Source: Dehalococcoidia bacterium (lineage in GTDB: Bacteria; Chloroflexota; Dehalococcoidia; UBA2979). Taken from it: a stretch of 64,000 bases of DNA. The notes below the pieces were generated by a model that worked only from the letters and a program-made list of their open reading frames with translations, did not search any database and had not been told where the DNA came from. The stretch spans positions 224,001-288,000 of the forward strand of contig OZ244720.1 of the NCBI GenBank assembly GCA_965219085.1, given 5' to 3'. The number at the start of each line of letters is the position of its first letter. Position 1 is the stretch's first letter. Made by a program: the position numbers and the translations under genes. Below, in pieces: positions 25,762 to 40,827 of the stretch.

Positions 25762-25850
25762 CACCCGGCCGCCGTACCCCGGCGACACTGCTTTCTCGGC
25801 AACACTGGCTTCCGGCGACACTGGCCGCGCCGCGTCGTACGCTGCGCGCG

Positions 25851-26774
25851 ATGCCCACAGAGCAGCCCCCAGCGCACCCTGCGTCCAACAGCTTCGGCGG
25901 CCAGGCCGTCGTCGAGGGCGTCATGATCCGCGGCCCGCGCTCGATCGCCGTCGCCGTGCGCCGCCCCGACGGTGAGATCGCGATCCGCACACGCGGGCTC
26001 GGCGGCCGTTTCACGAACGTCGTGCGCCGCTTCCCGCTGTTGCGCGGGATGCTCGTGCTGTGGGAGACGCTCGCGATCGGCATCTGGGCGCTGGCGTGGG
26101 CCAGCGCCGTCCACAATGACGAGGTCGACGAGCGCGGCGAGGCGAAGCCATTCGGCGGCGCTGGCTGGGCGGTGCTCCTGATCGTGCTGGCGTTTGGCGT
26201 GACCGTGTTCTTCGCGGGGCCGGTGCTGCTCACGGCGTGGCTCGGTTCGCGCTTGCCCGACCTGCTGGTCATCGCCATCGAGGGCGTCGTGCGCCTCGGC
26301 CTGCTGCTGGGCTACATCTGGCTGATCGGCCGCTCGCCGGAGGTGCGGCGCGTCTTCCAGTACCACGCCGCCGAGCACAAGGCCGTACAGGCGCTGGAGC
26401 AGGGGCGCGAGCTGTCGGTGCAGGCGGTGCGTCGGCTGCCGAAGGCGCACCCGAGGTGCGGCACCTCGTTCCTGCTCACCGTCGCCGTGGTCGCGGCGAT
26501 CGCGTTTATGTTCGCCGGCTCGGAGCCGCTGTGGTGGCGGTTCGTGTCGCGCCTCGTGCTGATCCCCGTGATCACTGCCGTGTCGTACGAGGCAATCCGC
26601 TTCGGGGGTCTCCACCTCGGCAACACCCTCGTGCGGGCGCTGTTCTCGGCGAACCTCGCCCTCCAGCGGCTCACGACGCGCGACCCGGACGACGAGCAGA
26701 TCCAGGTCGCCATCGCCTCGCTCAACGCGGCGCTCGAGGTGGAACGCGAGGCGGCCGAGGGCGCACGCGCCTAG
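25851..26774 (+). CDS. DUF1385 (YqhQ-like) membrane protein
   Basis: GGQAVVEGVMIR, FQYHAAEHK, HPRCGTSFL, LQRLTTRDPD. Confidence 0.9.
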   Translation: MPTEQPPAHPASNSFGGQAVVEGVMIRGPRSIAVAVRRPDGEIAIRTRGLGGRFTNVVRRFPLLRGMLVLWETLAIGIWALAWASAVHNDEVDERGEAKPFGGAGWAVLLIVLAFGVTVFFAGPVLLTAWLGSRLPDLLVIAIEGVVRLGLLLGYIWLIGRSPEVRRVFQYHAAEHKAVQALEQGRELSVQAVRRLPKAHPRCGTSFLLTVAVVAAIAFMFAGSEPLWWRFVSRLVLIPVITAVSYEAIRFGGLHLGNTLVRALFSANLALQRLTTRDPDDEQIQVAIASLNAALEVEREAAEGARA

Positions 26775-27466
26775 CGGGCGAGGGCGACGAGCGGGACGAT
26801 CTCGTCGAGGGCGCCCACGCTCACCACGTCCAGCCCGTCGGAGCGGTCGAAGCGATCGACGAGCACCGCGTGCAGCCCGGCGGCGCGCGCCGGCTCGTAG
26901 TCGTTGTCGTAGCGGTCGCCGACGGCGAGCGTGCGCGCTGGGTCGGAGCCGCCGCGCTCCGCGGCGAGCCGGAAGAAGGCCGGGTCCGGCTTCCTCACGC
27001 CGATCTTCCGCGAGTACTGCATCGCACTGAAGTAGCGGTCGAGGCCGACGCGGGCGAGCGGGAACGTGCCGTTCGAGGCGGTGGTGAGGGTGAAGCCGCG
27101 CGTCCGCAGCTCATCGAGCGTGCCCTCGACCTCCGGGAAGACGACCATCGTGGCGTCGCGCGTGCGGTAGTAGACCTCGGCCACCTCGTCGACCGTGACG
27201 CCCTCGGGGCTGCCGAAGGCGGCGAGCACCCGGCGGAACGACTCGCGGCGGATCTCCTGGAGCGTGCGGTCGTGCCACGCCGGGTCGGCGACGACTCCGT
27301 TCCGCAGCACGCCGAGGTCGTCGACGCTCACCTCAATGCCGCCCGCACGCTTGGTGAGCTGCGACGCGACGGCCTCGAGGCCCGCGACGATCGCCGCCCG
27401 ATAGTCGGTCAGCGTCCCGTCGATGTCGAAGACGATGTGGGAGACCTCGAACGGCGGACCGCTCAC
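26771..27466 (-). CDS. HAD-superfamily hydrolase
   Basis: [22 protein letters not shown] motifs. Confidence 0.9.
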   Translation of the reverse strand: MSGPPFEVSHIVFDIDGTLTDYRAAIVAGLEAVASQLTKRAGGIEVSVDDLGVLRNGVVADPAWHDRTLQEIRRESFRRVLAAFGSPEGVTVDEVAEVYYRTRDATMVVFPEVEGTLDELRTRGFTLTTASNGTFPLARVGLDRYFSAMQYSRKIGVRKPDPAFFRLAAERGGSDPARTLAVGDRYDNDYEPARAAGLHAVLVDRFDRSDGLDVVSVGALDEIVPLVALAR

Positions 27467-27819
27467 GCGACCTCCGTCCCGACGCGCCGCGGCTCCGCGG
27501 TCTCGGGGTCGAGGAAGCAGGAGCGCGCGCCGGTGTGGCAGACCGCCCCGCCGACGAGCTCGACCTGCAGCAGGAGCACGTCGGCGTCGCAGTCCGTGTG
27601 GATATCGAGGACGTTCGCGTAGTCGCCGGAGGTTGCGCCCTTGTGCCAGATCTCCTGGCGGCTGCGCGACCAGAACATGGCCTGGCCGATCTCCAGCGTC
27701 TGCGCCAGCGACTCCTCGTTCATGTAGCCGACCATGAGCACCTCGCCGGTGTCGGCGTGCTGGAGGACGGCGGGGATGAGGCCCTGCGCGTCAAAGCGCA
27801 GAGCGGCGGGGTCGATCAC
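27463..27819 (-). CDS. hisI: Phosphoribosyl-AMP cyclohydrolase
   Basis: GLIPAVLQ...[29 protein letters not shown]; GTG overlaps hisF stop. Confidence 0.93.
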   Translation of the reverse strand: MIDPAALRFDAQGLIPAVLQHADTGEVLMVGYMNEESLAQTLEIGQAMFWSRSRQEIWHKGATSGDYANVLDIHTDCDADVLLLQVELVGGAVCHTGARSCFLDPETAEPRRVGTEVA

Positions 27820-28628
27820 GATGTGGTCCCTTCGAGGTGCGCGCCCTCGTGGGCGGCGTCGAGCCGCATCGGCACGCCGCGGTCGGCGAGGTACTGCTTC
27901 AGCGCGGCGATGTCGTACGTGCCGAAGTGGAAGATCGAGGCGGCGAGCACCGCATCCGCCCCGCCCGTCGTGAGCGCCTCGTAGAGGTGCTCGGGCGTCC
28001 CGGCGCCGCCCGAGGCGATGACGGGCGCGGTCGCCGCCTCGCGGATCGCGCGCAGCAGTTCGAGGTCGTAGCCGGTCTGGTGCCCGTCTCGGTCCATCGA
28101 GGTGACGAGCAGTTCGCCCGCGCCACGCTCGACGGCCTCGCGCGCCCACGCGATGGCGTCGCGGCCGGTCGGGGTGCGGCCGCCGTGTGTGTAGACCTCC
28201 CAGCCCGCCGCGGGGTCGGCGGGGTCGCGCCGCTTCGCGTCGACGGCGACGACGATGCACTGCGAGCCGAAGCCGCGGGCGCCCTCGGTGATCAACTCGG
28301 GCCGCTCGACGGCGGCGGTGTTGATCGACACCTTGTCGGCGCCGTGCTCGAGCATGACGCGCACATCCTCCGGGCTGCGGATGCCGCCGCCGACGGTGAA
28401 CGGGATGAACACCTGGTCCGCGGTGCGGGCCACCATGTCGTACACCGTCGGGCGGTCGTCCGAGGAGGCGGTGATGTCGAGGAACACGAGCTCGTCGGCG
28501 CCGCGCTCCTCGTACTGCGAGGCCAGCTCGACCGGGTCGCCCGCATCGCGTAGCGCGACGAACGAGACGCCCTTCACCACGCGCCCGTTGTCGACGTCGA
28601 AGCAGGGGATGATGCGCTTGGTCAGCAC
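27816..28628 (-). CDS. hisF: Imidazole glycerol phosphate synthase cyclase subunit
   Basis: [35 protein letters not shown]. Confidence 0.96.
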   Translation of the reverse strand: MLTKRIIPCFDVDNGRVVKGVSFVALRDAGDPVELASQYEERGADELVFLDITASSDDRPTVYDMVARTADQVFIPFTVGGGIRSPEDVRVMLEHGADKVSINTAAVERPELITEGARGFGSQCIVVAVDAKRRDPADPAAGWEVYTHGGRTPTGRDAIAWAREAVERGAGELLVTSMDRDGHQTGYDLELLRAIREAATAPVIASGGAGTPEHLYEALTTGGADAVLAASIFHFGTYDIAALKQYLADRGVPMRLDAAHEGAHLEGTTS

Positions 28629-28658
28629 GGTGTCCTCGATGCCTCCTCGTCGCGCGCG

Positions 28659-29371
28659 CTACGCCACGGCGGCGAGGGCGTCCGGGAGCCGGATGTCCTC
28701 GCTGTAGAGTGCACGCCCGATGATCGCCGCCTCGACGCCGCAGCGCGCGAGCTCGCGCAGGTCATCGAGCGCGCTCACGCCGCCCGCCGCGATCACGGCC
28801 ATCGAAGTGTCGGCGACCAGCGACGCGTACGCCTCGAAGTTGGGGGAGCCGCGCACGCCGTCGCGGTCGATGTCCGTGTAGACGATGCGCTCGACGCCGA
28901 TGGCGGCGAGCTCGCGCACGAACGGCGCCGCCTCGACGTCGCTGCCCTCGGTCCAGCCCTCGACACGTACGATCCCGTCGCGTGCGTCGACGGAGACGAT
29001 GAGCCGCTCGCGCGCGAGCGCGACCGCCTCGCGCAGCAGCTGCGGGTCGCGCACGGCCGCCGTGCCGAGCACGACGCGCGCCGCGCCGAGGTCGAGCGTC
29101 GCGCGCAGCGTGTCGAGGTCGCGGATGCCTCCACCGATCTGCACCGCAGCGTCGACCCCCTCGACGATGGCGCGGGTGACGTCGGCGTTGGCCTGCCGCC
29201 CCTCGCGCGCCCCGTCGAGGTCGACGACGTGGACGCGGCGCGCGCCCTGCTCGACCCAGCGTGCGGCGGCGGCGACAGGGTCGTCCTCGAACACCGTCTC
29301 GAGGTCGTAGTCGCCCTGGTGGAGCCGGACGGCGCGTCCGCCCCGGACGTCGACGGCGGGGATGACCTCCA

Positions 29372-29372
<1 letters not shown>
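28659..29372 (-). CDS. hisA: ProFAR isomerase
   Basis: [42 protein letters not shown]. Confidence 0.95.
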
Positions 29373-32252
<2,880 letters not shown>

Positions 32253-32412
32253 GACTCCGTCTCGGCGGCCCCTTGCGGGGTCGCGGCTGCGCTATACTCG
32301 GAATGCGCCGGCGCAGTGCGGGGGCCGGTCTCTCCCCAGCAATGGAACCCCCTCGCGCCCCGTCGGCGTCTGATTATTGGCCGCTGATGCGGCGTGCCTG
32401 CCGGAAGGGCGG

Positions 32413-33480
32413 ATGATGGCCTTCAACCCACTCTCGTCGTTCCTCGGCATGTTCTCGCATGACGTCGGCATCGATCTCGGGACGGCGAACACGCTGGTGA
32501 GCGTGCGCGGGCGCGGCATCGTCATCGACGAGCCGTCGGTGGTGGCGATCGACACCGTCTCGAAGCGCGTGCTCGCCATCGGCAACGAGGCGAAGCTCAT
32601 GGTCGGCCGCACACCCTCGACGATCGTGGCGGTGCGGCCGCTGCGCGACGGCGTCATCTCGGACTTCGCGGTCACCGAGCGCATGCTCCAGTACTTCATC
32701 CGCTCCGTGCACGACCGCTTCGGCCTCGGCGTCCCGAAGCCGCGCGTGGTGATCGGCATCCCCTCGGGCGCCACCGAGGTGGAGAAGCGCGCGGTCCACG
32801 ACGCCGCCGTTGCAGCCGGCGCTCGCTCCTCCTACCTGATCGAGGAGCCGATGGCCGGTGCGATCGGCGCCGGACTGCCGGTCATGGACGCCACGGGCAC
32901 GATGATCGTCGACATCGGCGGTGGGACGACGGAGATCGCCGTGATCGCCCTCGGCGGCATCGTGGTGTCGAGTTCGTCACGCGCCGCGGGCGACGCGATG
33001 GACCAGGCGCTGATGGTGTACGCGCGCCAGGTCCACAACATGCTCATTGGCGAGCGCAGCGCCGAGCGCATCAAGATGGAGGCCGGCTCGGCCTACCCCC
33101 TCGACGAGGAAGAAACCGTCGAGATGCGCGGCCGCGACCTCGCTACCGGCCTGCCGAAGGTCGTCGAGTTGTCGACGGTCGAGGTGCGCGACTCGCTGCT
33201 GCCGGTGACGAACGAGATCGTGCAGGCCGTGCGCTCCGCCATCGAGCGGACGCCGCCGGAGTTGGTCGCGGACCTGATGATGCACGGCATCGCGATGGCG
33301 GGTGGCGGCGCGCTGCTGCGCGGCCTCGACCGACGCATCGCCGCCGAGACGCGCTTCCCGACGTACGTCGCCGAGGATCCGCTGCGCGCCGTCGTGCGCG
33401 GCTGCGCCGAGGCCCTCGAGGAAGCCACCACGTTGCAGAAGGTGCAGGCGGCCGTCGCCATGCGACGCCCGCCCCGGTAG
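32413..33480 (+). CDS. mreB: Rod shape-determining actin MreB
   Basis: GIDLGTANT, PLRDGVI.DF, VDIGGGTTE, GGGALLRGL. Confidence 0.96.
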   Translation: MMAFNPLSSFLGMFSHDVGIDLGTANTLVSVRGRGIVIDEPSVVAIDTVSKRVLAIGNEAKLMVGRTPSTIVAVRPLRDGVISDFAVTERMLQYFIRSVHDRFGLGVPKPRVVIGIPSGATEVEKRAVHDAAVAAGARSSYLIEEPMAGAIGAGLPVMDATGTMIVDIGGGTTEIAVIALGGIVVSSSSRAAGDAMDQALMVYARQVHNMLIGERSAERIKMEAGSAYPLDEEETVEMRGRDLATGLPKVVELSTVEVRDSLLPVTNEIVQAVRSAIERTPPELVADLMMHGIAMAGGGALLRGLDRRIAAETRFPTYVAEDPLRAVVRGCAEALEEATTLQKVQAAVAMRRPPR

Positions 33481-33635
33481 CCCCGAGCCACGGAGCGACA
33501 GCCCCCCGCTCGCAGCACTCGCCGAGGCCGGACTCCGGTATCGCCCGCCGGCTGCACGCCGCACTGGACAGCGCGCTAGAATGCGGGTACGAAACCGCTT
33601 AAGCGCATAAACGAATACGTCCGCGCGGGGGCTCC

Positions 33636-34469
33636 GTGGTTCGCACGCAGCAGGTCGGTTGGTTGATTGCAATGCTGGCGATCGGCTTGGCGCTGCTCGC
33701 CGGCTCGGCCCTGCGCAACTTCGGGACCGTCGAGCTGGATGCGGCGGGCATCGTCGGCGCCGCGAGCCGCGCCGTCGCGGTTCCCGCCCGCCCCATCGCC
33801 GACTTCGCCCATCACGTGGGCCAGACGCAGGCCCTCAGCGAGGAGAACGCCGCGCTCCGGCAGGAGGTCGCGCGCCTGGAGGCGAACCTCGCCGCGCTGC
33901 GTGAGCAGCAGATCAGCTCCACGCAGGTCGCGGAGCTGATCGCCGCCGTCGGCACGGACGCGGCCGACAGCTACGTCGCTGCTTCCGTGCTGTTCCGCGA
34001 TCCCGCGCCCGCCCGCGAGGCGCTCACCATCGACCGCGGCCTCAACGACGGCGTGCGCGTGGGGCAGCCGGTGCTCGGACCGGGCGCGACGCTCGTCGGT
34101 CTCGTCTCCGCCGTTGAGGACGACCAGGCGCGTATCCGGCTGCTGATCGACATCGACTCGGCCATTCCGACAGTCGTGCAGTCCTCGCGCACGCAGGCGG
34201 CGCTCACGGCCACACCCGAGGGGCTCCGGCTGGAGTTCGTGCCGACCGAATCCCTGGTCACCATCGGGGACACCGTGCTCAGCTCCGCGCTCGGCGGGGA
34301 GCTGCCCGGCGGGCTGCTCGTCGGCCGGGTGAGCGCGTTCGAGTCCGACCCGCGCGAGCTGTTCGCGTACGCCACGGTGGAGCCGCTGGCGGACTATGCG
34401 CGGCTTGAGCAGGTGCTCGTGCTCATCGCGTTCCAGCCGCTCGAGCCCGATGAGGCATCGTTACCGTGA
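33636..34469 (+). CDS. mreC: Rod shape-determining protein MreC
   Basis: N-terminal TM, coiled coil (L.EEN..LR), TIDRG..DGV..G, GD.V.SS.LGG..P.GL.VG. Confidence 0.88.
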   Translation: MVRTQQVGWLIAMLAIGLALLAGSALRNFGTVELDAAGIVGAASRAVAVPARPIADFAHHVGQTQALSEENAALRQEVARLEANLAALREQQISSTQVAELIAAVGTDAADSYVAASVLFRDPAPAREALTIDRGLNDGVRVGQPVLGPGATLVGLVSAVEDDQARIRLLIDIDSAIPTVVQSSRTQAALTATPEGLRLEFVPTESLVTIGDTVLSSALGGELPGGLLVGRVSAFESDPRELFAYATVEPLADYARLEQVLVLIAFQPLEPDEASLP

Positions 34470-34957
34470 GACCGCTCGCGGGACTCGTCGCCGGCGTCGT
34501 GCTGGGGCTGGTGCAACTCGGCGCCGCCCCTGTGCTCTTCGGCGACCCGCGCGCGGCGCCACTCATCCCGCTGGCTGCAATTGCAGGGTGGAGCGCCGCC
34601 AAGGGGTTCGGCGAGGTCGCTCCATGCCTCCTCGGAGCGGCGCTGGTGCTGGGCGTGGCGTCCGAGGACCAGGCGGGCTGGTTCGTGCTCGCCATGGTCC
34701 CGGCAGCCGCGCTGCTCGCCGTCTCCGACGCCGTCTCCCCGCTGCGCAGGCTAGCGCTGGCGCCGGCCGCCGCGACGCTCGGCGCGGGAGCCTACACCGC
34801 CCTGCTGTACGCCGCCTCGGGACGCTTCGAGTTGCTCAGCGTGCAGAGTGAGCCTGCGGTCGAGGTCGTACTATGGACAGGCGCGCTCACAGCCGTCTGT
34901 GCGCTGCTCGCGTGGCCGCTGCGACCGCGCGCACCGAGGACGGGGCTGTTCGTGTGA
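34466..34957 (+). CDS. mreD: MreD-like membrane protein
   Basis: Hydrophobic 163 aa between mreC and PBP2 with 4-nt overlaps at both ends; called mainly from position. Confidence 0.6.
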   Translation: MRPLAGLVAGVVLGLVQLGAAPVLFGDPRAAPLIPLAAIAGWSAAKGFGEVAPCLLGAALVLGVASEDQAGWFVLAMVPAAALLAVSDAVSPLRRLALAPAAATLGAGAYTALLYAASGRFELLSVQSEPAVEVVLWTGALTAVCALLAWPLRPRAPRTGLFV

Positions 34958-36882
34958 ACGACGGGCGCCTGTGGACGCTACAACTCGTCGTCGCCGTGGC
35001 GCTGGTGGCGCTCTCGGTGCAGCTCGTGCGCGTGCACCTGGTTGAGCTCCCCGTCCCGCCCGAGGGCTCCGACGCGCTCAGCGTCCGCGACATACCGATC
35101 GATGCTCCGCGCGGACTCGTCCTCGACCGCGACGGCGAGGTGCTCGCGCGCAACGTGCCGTTGTTCACCGTGGCAATCGTGCCGGGAGAACTGCCCGCGG
35201 ACGCCTCGGGGCGGCGGACGGCGCTGCTGGCGGTCGAGCGACATACCGGCGTCCCGCTGCGCACGCTCGAACGCGTCATCAGCACGGGCCTTGCCACCAT
35301 CGACCCGCTCGTGCCGGTCGAGGTGCATAGCGGGTTCGGCCGCCAGGACGCGATCATGCTGCGCGCCTCGCTCTCCGCGGTACCGGGGGTGCTGGTACAG
35401 ACCCGTGCCATGCGCCTCTACGGAGGCGGCGACCTGCTCGGCCACATACTCGGGCACGTCGGGCCCATCCCGGCGGAGAACGCCGAGGAGTACCTCGGCG
35501 ACGGGTACCGCCTCGACGAGCGCGTCGGCCAGTCCGGCGTGGAGGCGGTGTACGAGTCGCAGCTGCGCGGCCAGCTCGGTCGGCGCATCGTGCTCGCCGA
35601 CCCCACGGGTCGCGAGGTCGAGCACCTCACGGAGGTGGGCGCGGTCGCCGGTGCAGACCTGGTGCTGAGCATCGACCTCGACCTGCAGCGGGCGACGGCG
35701 GAGGCGCTCGAGCAAGGCCTGGACATCGGCCTCGAGGTGGCGCTGAGCCGGCCCGTCCGCCACGACCAGCCGTTGGACCGGGTCGGCGCTGCCGTGGTCA
35801 TCGACGTGCGGACGGGGGAGCTGCTCGCGCTCGTCTCCTCCCCCTCGTACGACGCGAACGCGTTCTCCGGCCTGAACCCCGATATCGACACGGTGGCGTT
35901 GCTCACCGGCGAGGGAAGCCCGCTGGTGCACCGCGCATACCAGGAAGTGCGCTCACCGGGTTCGATCTTCAAGCCGTTGATCGGCGCCGCGGCGCTGCAG
36001 GAGGGCGTGGCGACGCCTTCGACGCGGATCCGCAGCACCGGAGCGCTGACGGTGCGGAGCATCTACGACCCCAGCGTGACGTATACGTTCCGCGACTGGA
36101 CCGCGCACGGCGTGCTCGACTTCTACGGCGGACTCCTCCGATCGTCGGACGTTTACTACTACTACCTCTCCGGCGGCTATGACGCCCCGGACGGCACGTC
36201 CTTCGAAGGGCTCGGCGTCGAGCGTATCGCCCGCTACGTGCGCCAGTTCGGGCTCGGCGCGCCCACGGGCCTCGACCTCCCGGGCGAGGCCGGAGGCCTG
36301 GTGCCCGACAGCGCGTGGAAGGAATCGACGGTCGGCGAGCCGTGGGTGCTGGGCGATACCTACACGTTCGGCATCGGCCAGGGCTACCTGACGGTGACGC
36401 CGCTGCAGATGGCAGTCGCGGCAGCCGCGATCGCCAACGGCGGCGAGGTGCTCGTGCCGCGCGTCGCGCGCGGGTTCCGCGTCGGCGACGACGTCGAGTT
36501 GCTGCCGCGCCAGGTGGCGGGCGTGCTGCCGATCGACACGGAGCACCTCGATGTCGTGCGCGAGGCGCTGAAGCGGACGGCCGACCATCCCCTCGGCACG
36601 GCGAGGCGCGGCGAGCCGGAGGGCATCACCATCGCCGGCAAGACCGGCACCGCGGAGTTCGGGCCACGACACCCCGACGCCGAGTTCGACACGCACGGCT
36701 GGTTCATCGCCTTCGCACCGTACGAGGACCCGGAGGTCGCCGTCGCCGTCTACCTGAAGCATGGGTCGGGCGCGCTGCACGCCGCACCGGTGGCGCACGA
36801 CATCTTCGAGGCATACTTCAACCCGCCGACCGCCCAGGTCGGGTCGCTATCGGGATCTGAAGCCACGGGGGACGCTCCATGA
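34954..36882 (+). CDS. mrdA: Penicillin-binding protein 2 (class B)
   Basis: APRG...DR.G, GQSGVE..YE..LRG, SxxK (GSIFK), SSD, KTGTAE. Confidence 0.92.
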   Translation: MNDGRLWTLQLVVAVALVALSVQLVRVHLVELPVPPEGSDALSVRDIPIDAPRGLVLDRDGEVLARNVPLFTVAIVPGELPADASGRRTALLAVERHTGVPLRTLERVISTGLATIDPLVPVEVHSGFGRQDAIMLRASLSAVPGVLVQTRAMRLYGGGDLLGHILGHVGPIPAENAEEYLGDGYRLDERVGQSGVEAVYESQLRGQLGRRIVLADPTGREVEHLTEVGAVAGADLVLSIDLDLQRATAEALEQGLDIGLEVALSRPVRHDQPLDRVGAAVVIDVRTGELLALVSSPSYDANAFSGLNPDIDTVALLTGEGSPLVHRAYQEVRSPGSIFKPLIGAAALQEGVATPSTRIRSTGALTVRSIYDPSVTYTFRDWTAHGVLDFYGGLLRSSDVYYYYLSGGYDAPDGTSFEGLGVERIARYVRQFGLGAPTGLDLPGEAGGLVPDSAWKESTVGEPWVLGDTYTFGIGQGYLTVTPLQMAVAAAAIANGGEVLVPRVARGFRVGDDVELLPRQVAGVLPIDTEHLDVVREALKRTADHPLGTARRGEPEGITIAGKTGTAEFGPRHPDAEFDTHGWFIAFAPYEDPEVAVAVYLKHGSGALHAAPVAHDIFEAYFNPPTAQVGSLSGSEATGDAP

Positions 36883-38039
36883 TCGCCCCTCCGCCCGGAG
36901 CACGAGCGGCGGCAGCATCGTTCCATGTGTTGGCTCGCAGCGATCGTCTGCTCTGGCTCGCGGTCGCGGCGCTCGCCGCGCTCGGCCTGCTGATGGCGTA
37001 CTCGGCGTCACTCGACGAGCCGCCACACCCCACGATCACTGCTGAGGCGGTGAGGCACGCGATGCTCGGCGCGCTGGGCATCGCGGCCATGCTCGTGGCC
37101 GCGCGGATCGACTACCGGCGGCTGCGACGCTACAGCGCGCTCGCCTACCTCGGGGCAGCCGCGCTGCTGGTCGTCGTGGTCGTGATCGGCGAGTCCGAGT
37201 ACGGCGCGCGGCGCTGGCTGGCGGTCGGGGGGTCGACGATCCAGCCGGCCGAAGCCGCGAAGCTCGCGCTCGTGCTCGCGCTGGCCGCCTACACCGCCTC
37301 CAGGCCGCCGCGCGCGGCCGCGCTTGCGGTCACGGCCGTGCTGCTGGCGCTGCTGGCCGCGCCCGTGCTGGCGCAGCCGGATACCGGCACCACGGTCGTC
37401 CTCGCCGGCACCTGGATTGGCATGGTGATTGTCTGGGGCGTGCCATGGCGCACGCTTGGGGTGCTGTTCGCCGTCCTGGGAGCAGCCGGGCCGCTGGCGT
37501 TCGCGGTGATGGTGCCCGACTACCAGCGGGAACGGCTGGCTGTGTTCCTCGATCCCACCCGGGATCCCCTCGGCAGCGGCTTCAGCCTGCGGCAAGCTGA
37601 GGCCGCACTCGCCACCGGCGGCATCACCGGCGAGGGGCTGTTCCGCGGCGCCGAGTCACAACTCGCCAGCGTCAGCGCTCGCTCGAGCGACTTCATCTTC
37701 GCGCTCGTTGGCGAGGAGCTCGGGCTGGGCGGCGGACTGGTCGTGATAGCGCTCTTCGGGCTCATCGCGTGGCGCGGATTCGAGGCGTCGCGGCACGCGC
37801 CCGACACCTTCGGCCGGATGCTCGCCGCCGGCCTGACGACGCTGATCGTGCTGCAGGCCTTTGTCAACGTGGCGGTCAACCTGCGACTCTTCCCCGCCAC
37901 GGGACTGCCGCTGCCCTTCGTCTCATCGGGGGGCTCGGCGCTCCTCGTCGTGTTCGTGGCGGTCGGGCTGCTGCAGAGCGTGCACAGCCAGCGCATGCCG
38001 GCGCAGGGCATGCAGGCAGCCATGGATCGCGAGGCCTGA
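36879..38039 (+). CDS. rodA: SEDS family peptidoglycan glycosyltransferase RodA
   Basis: GARRW, IQPAE.AKL, QPD.GT, DFIFA..GEELG, TGLPLPFVS.GGS. Confidence 0.9.
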   Translation: MIAPPPGARAAAASFHVLARSDRLLWLAVAALAALGLLMAYSASLDEPPHPTITAEAVRHAMLGALGIAAMLVAARIDYRRLRRYSALAYLGAAALLVVVVVIGESEYGARRWLAVGGSTIQPAEAAKLALVLALAAYTASRPPRAAALAVTAVLLALLAAPVLAQPDTGTTVVLAGTWIGMVIVWGVPWRTLGVLFAVLGAAGPLAFAVMVPDYQRERLAVFLDPTRDPLGSGFSLRQAEAALATGGITGEGLFRGAESQLASVSARSSDFIFALVGEELGLGGGLVVIALFGLIAWRGFEASRHAPDTFGRMLAAGLTTLIVLQAFVNVAVNLRLFPATGLPLPFVSSGGSALLVVFVAVGLLQSVHSQRMPAQGMQAAMDREA

Positions 38040-38139
38040 GGCCGCGCCACTCGTCCCCCGTCAACGAGGGAACAACACGAAGGCCGCCTGCCGGCGGCCC
38101 TCGGTGTGTGCTGGCGCCCGCGCCCCTGGGCGCGGACGG

Positions 38140-40647
<2,508 letters not shown>

Positions 40648-40827
40648 CGCGGACTCCCGTCCGTGCTGTCGTCTAGGCTACCACGGCCTGATTTCGAGCA
40701 CGATCCGCGCTCGTCATGAGCCGCCGGCCGAACGCGCGATGCGGCGTCCCGCCTCTTGCCCCGCAATCCGGATCCCGCACCGGGCGAGCACCCGCAGCGC
40801 AACAGCCCGGGTGGCGGGGCGAGTGGC

